NCBI RefSeq assembly: GCF_009914755.1
Contig: NC_060934.1
Origin: the human T2T-CHM13v2.0 reference genome, Homo sapiens
Length of the DNA: 64,000 nt
Reading direction: 5' to 3' (one strand)
Of the stretch, positions 61,818 through 64,000 are shown in pieces. Below the pieces are notes generated by a model. It was not told the origin of the DNA, made no database searches, and saw only the letters and a program-made list of their open reading frames with translations. Both the position numbers and the translations under genes were made by a program. Every line of letters starts with the position of its first letter. Position 1 is the first letter of the stretch.

Positions 61818-64000
61818 TAAAATATATTCTGTTAATAAGTGAAAATGGACAATTACCAACACTTCACTAGATTTATAGTGGTATATGGAGTAAAAGCTTT
61901 AGCAGAATTGGACATGAATAGCTAATAAGTAATTTTTATTCTATTTAATTATGAATGTTGTCTCTATGCTGAGGTTACAGCTTCTGGGTAATACTATTTT
62001 ACACTTGAAACATATGCAGGTATCAGTATCAGTGTTCTGAGTATAACCACAATCAAATAAATATATACACTTGGGTAATATCTGGATGTGTCTTCTTGTT
62101 GCCTTTGATGGTAGTAGTGCTACATTCTGTAATAGTCTTTTTCAAAATGTTTCTCTGTTAAAAACGTTAAGCTGTTTTAAACTCATAAATGTTTCACGAA
62201 CAGCACAGACAACTCCAATATACACTTCACTCAGAGATCTTATTTTTTTTTTTAAAAAAAAACGAGTTGTCCTGGTAATGTCCCCTATAGAAAAAAAAAA
62301 TCCAGTATAGGATAATATATTATACCAAGTTATTTCTTTCTACTGTCTTTCAAACAGGAATAATTCCTTATCTTCCCTAGGTTTTTATAAACTTGATATT
62401 TTAAAAGCCCATAGCCAAGTCATTTTGTAAAATGTCTCTTAGTTAAATTTTATTGTGTTAAGCCCTTTTTTCCTATTATATAACCAATATGGTGTTATTT
62501 CTATTGCATCCTGTTAGTGATCCTTATAAGCCCCATTACTTTTGTTTTTTTTTGTTATCAATAAATATTTTGCCAAGAGATATTTTAAGGATGTGTAAAA
62601 TATTTATTTCATCTCCATTTTACCCACAAATTTTTGCCTTCAGTAGTTGCTTTTTTTTTTTTTTTTTTTGCTTGAACTAATTTTACAATGCTGATTGCCT
62701 AATTGTGATGTTCTAACTCAATTATTCTGTCCACATTTGTAGGTTTGATTCATGTTGGAAAAAAAAAATTCTCATCCCTCTATTTGTTTGCTCATTTACT
62801 GTTTTATATCAATGTGGACTCATAAGTTTCTATTTTAGTCAATGTATTATAATCTATTAGTATTATTATTTATTTGTTCCTCAAACTGTCTCAGATTTGG
62901 AAATAAGAGTCCCTCTTAATGAACCTCCATGTCTCTCTAAAAAGGCCCATTATTCTTTGAGCATATTCTTTCTATTTGGCCAAGATGTTACAAACTTCAC
63001 CTTATTTTTATCCTGTCCTGTCTCTGGAATTAACTATTCTTTCAGAAAGTCCTGTATTTTTTTTTTTTTCTGGGGCATCCAACATATACAGGCCAGAGAA
63101 GAGTTCTGGAATATTAATTCAGATTCCCAAGTCCTGTCTTCCCATACTGTATATGCCCTGGTGGAGAATAATGCATAAAGTTCGTGAGTAATATGCGTAG
63201 ACACCTCAGTTATATTGAAGAAGCCAACTCAATTTTGGAGCATCTCTGTTTATTGTGTTTCATAGCTTATGTGTTTCTTTCCGGGAAGCCCTGTCTGAAA
63301 TAAATCCACAAATTCCAGAATTGTATGTACTATGAGCAGTTTTAGAGTAGGGCTATCTTGCTGGAAGCAATCTATTGATAAGGACTCTCCCCCTTTTAAA
63401 TACTATTAGCTTGCCAAGAAATCTCTAGCATATTTGCAACAAGATTAGACGTGAGTTTCCTGCTTTCTTTTTCCCCAGTAGAGAGATACAGACTGTGACT
63501 AACTGCTAGGTCATACGTTTTCCGAAAGGTTGATTGCAATATTAGTAGTAGGTGCTACCCTGACTCCTATTTTGTTTTATTCTAGGATTTTCCTGGCTAT
63601 TGTTATTCATTTTTCTAAAGAAACTTGAGATAAACATAGTTTCTTTCAAAAAACATATTAAATTTCATATCAATTTTAGAATTTTTTTATAATGTGAGAC
63701 TTCGTTCTGAAAACAGTTAAAAAGTATATTTGTGTGTATACACGCATGGTTATGTTTAATAATCTAAAGACATCCAAATGGGCTTCTGGGTTGACGTTAA
63801 AACTTATTGTTGTAAATTGACTTTTTAAAAATGTTTTCAGGCAAAACAATTACTACAACTTACTGTAAGATTTTCGTCAGTAAAATGAGAATTATTTGCC
63901 TGGAATATTGTGGGGTTAAGATTGATGATGTGAAATATGCTTTCATTTTTTCAGTATAAAACTTGGTATTGGTAGATGAACTTTTTTAAAAGGATTAAAA

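Overview
Primate (human-like) genomic DNA, AT-rich and dense in repeats. It is almost certainly part of MALRD1 (MAM and LDL-receptor class A domain containing 1; C10orf112/DIET1) on the + strand. Three coding exons splice in frame: an LDLa exon (17177-17353, phase 1-1) and two exons of one MAM domain (20149-20311, phase 1-2; 61592-61748, phase 2-0) separated by a 41,280-nt intron. The rest is intron filled with L1, Alu, MaLR/ERVL LTRs, DNA-transposon fossils and simple repeats. No prokaryotic-type system, CRISPR array or intact mobile element is present. The most unusual signals are structural. (1) A 1.3-kb almost pure-AT minisatellite is bracketed by diverged 36-bp inverted arms (PATRR-like), and a 3x34-bp hairpin array about 225 bp away resembles the unexpanded centre of the same palindrome. 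(2) A second AT-rich array holds an inverted copy of its own flank plus perfect 38- and 32-bp palindromes. (3) An L1PA8-like insertion carries an apparent 138-bp 3' transduction. (4) An L1PA2 has a cleanly resolvable twin-priming inversion. (5) An orphan textbook 3' splice site (branch point, polypyrimidine tract, CAG|GT) lies deep in the long intron. Subfamily names come from remembered consensus sequences, and boundaries of old repeats are approximate.
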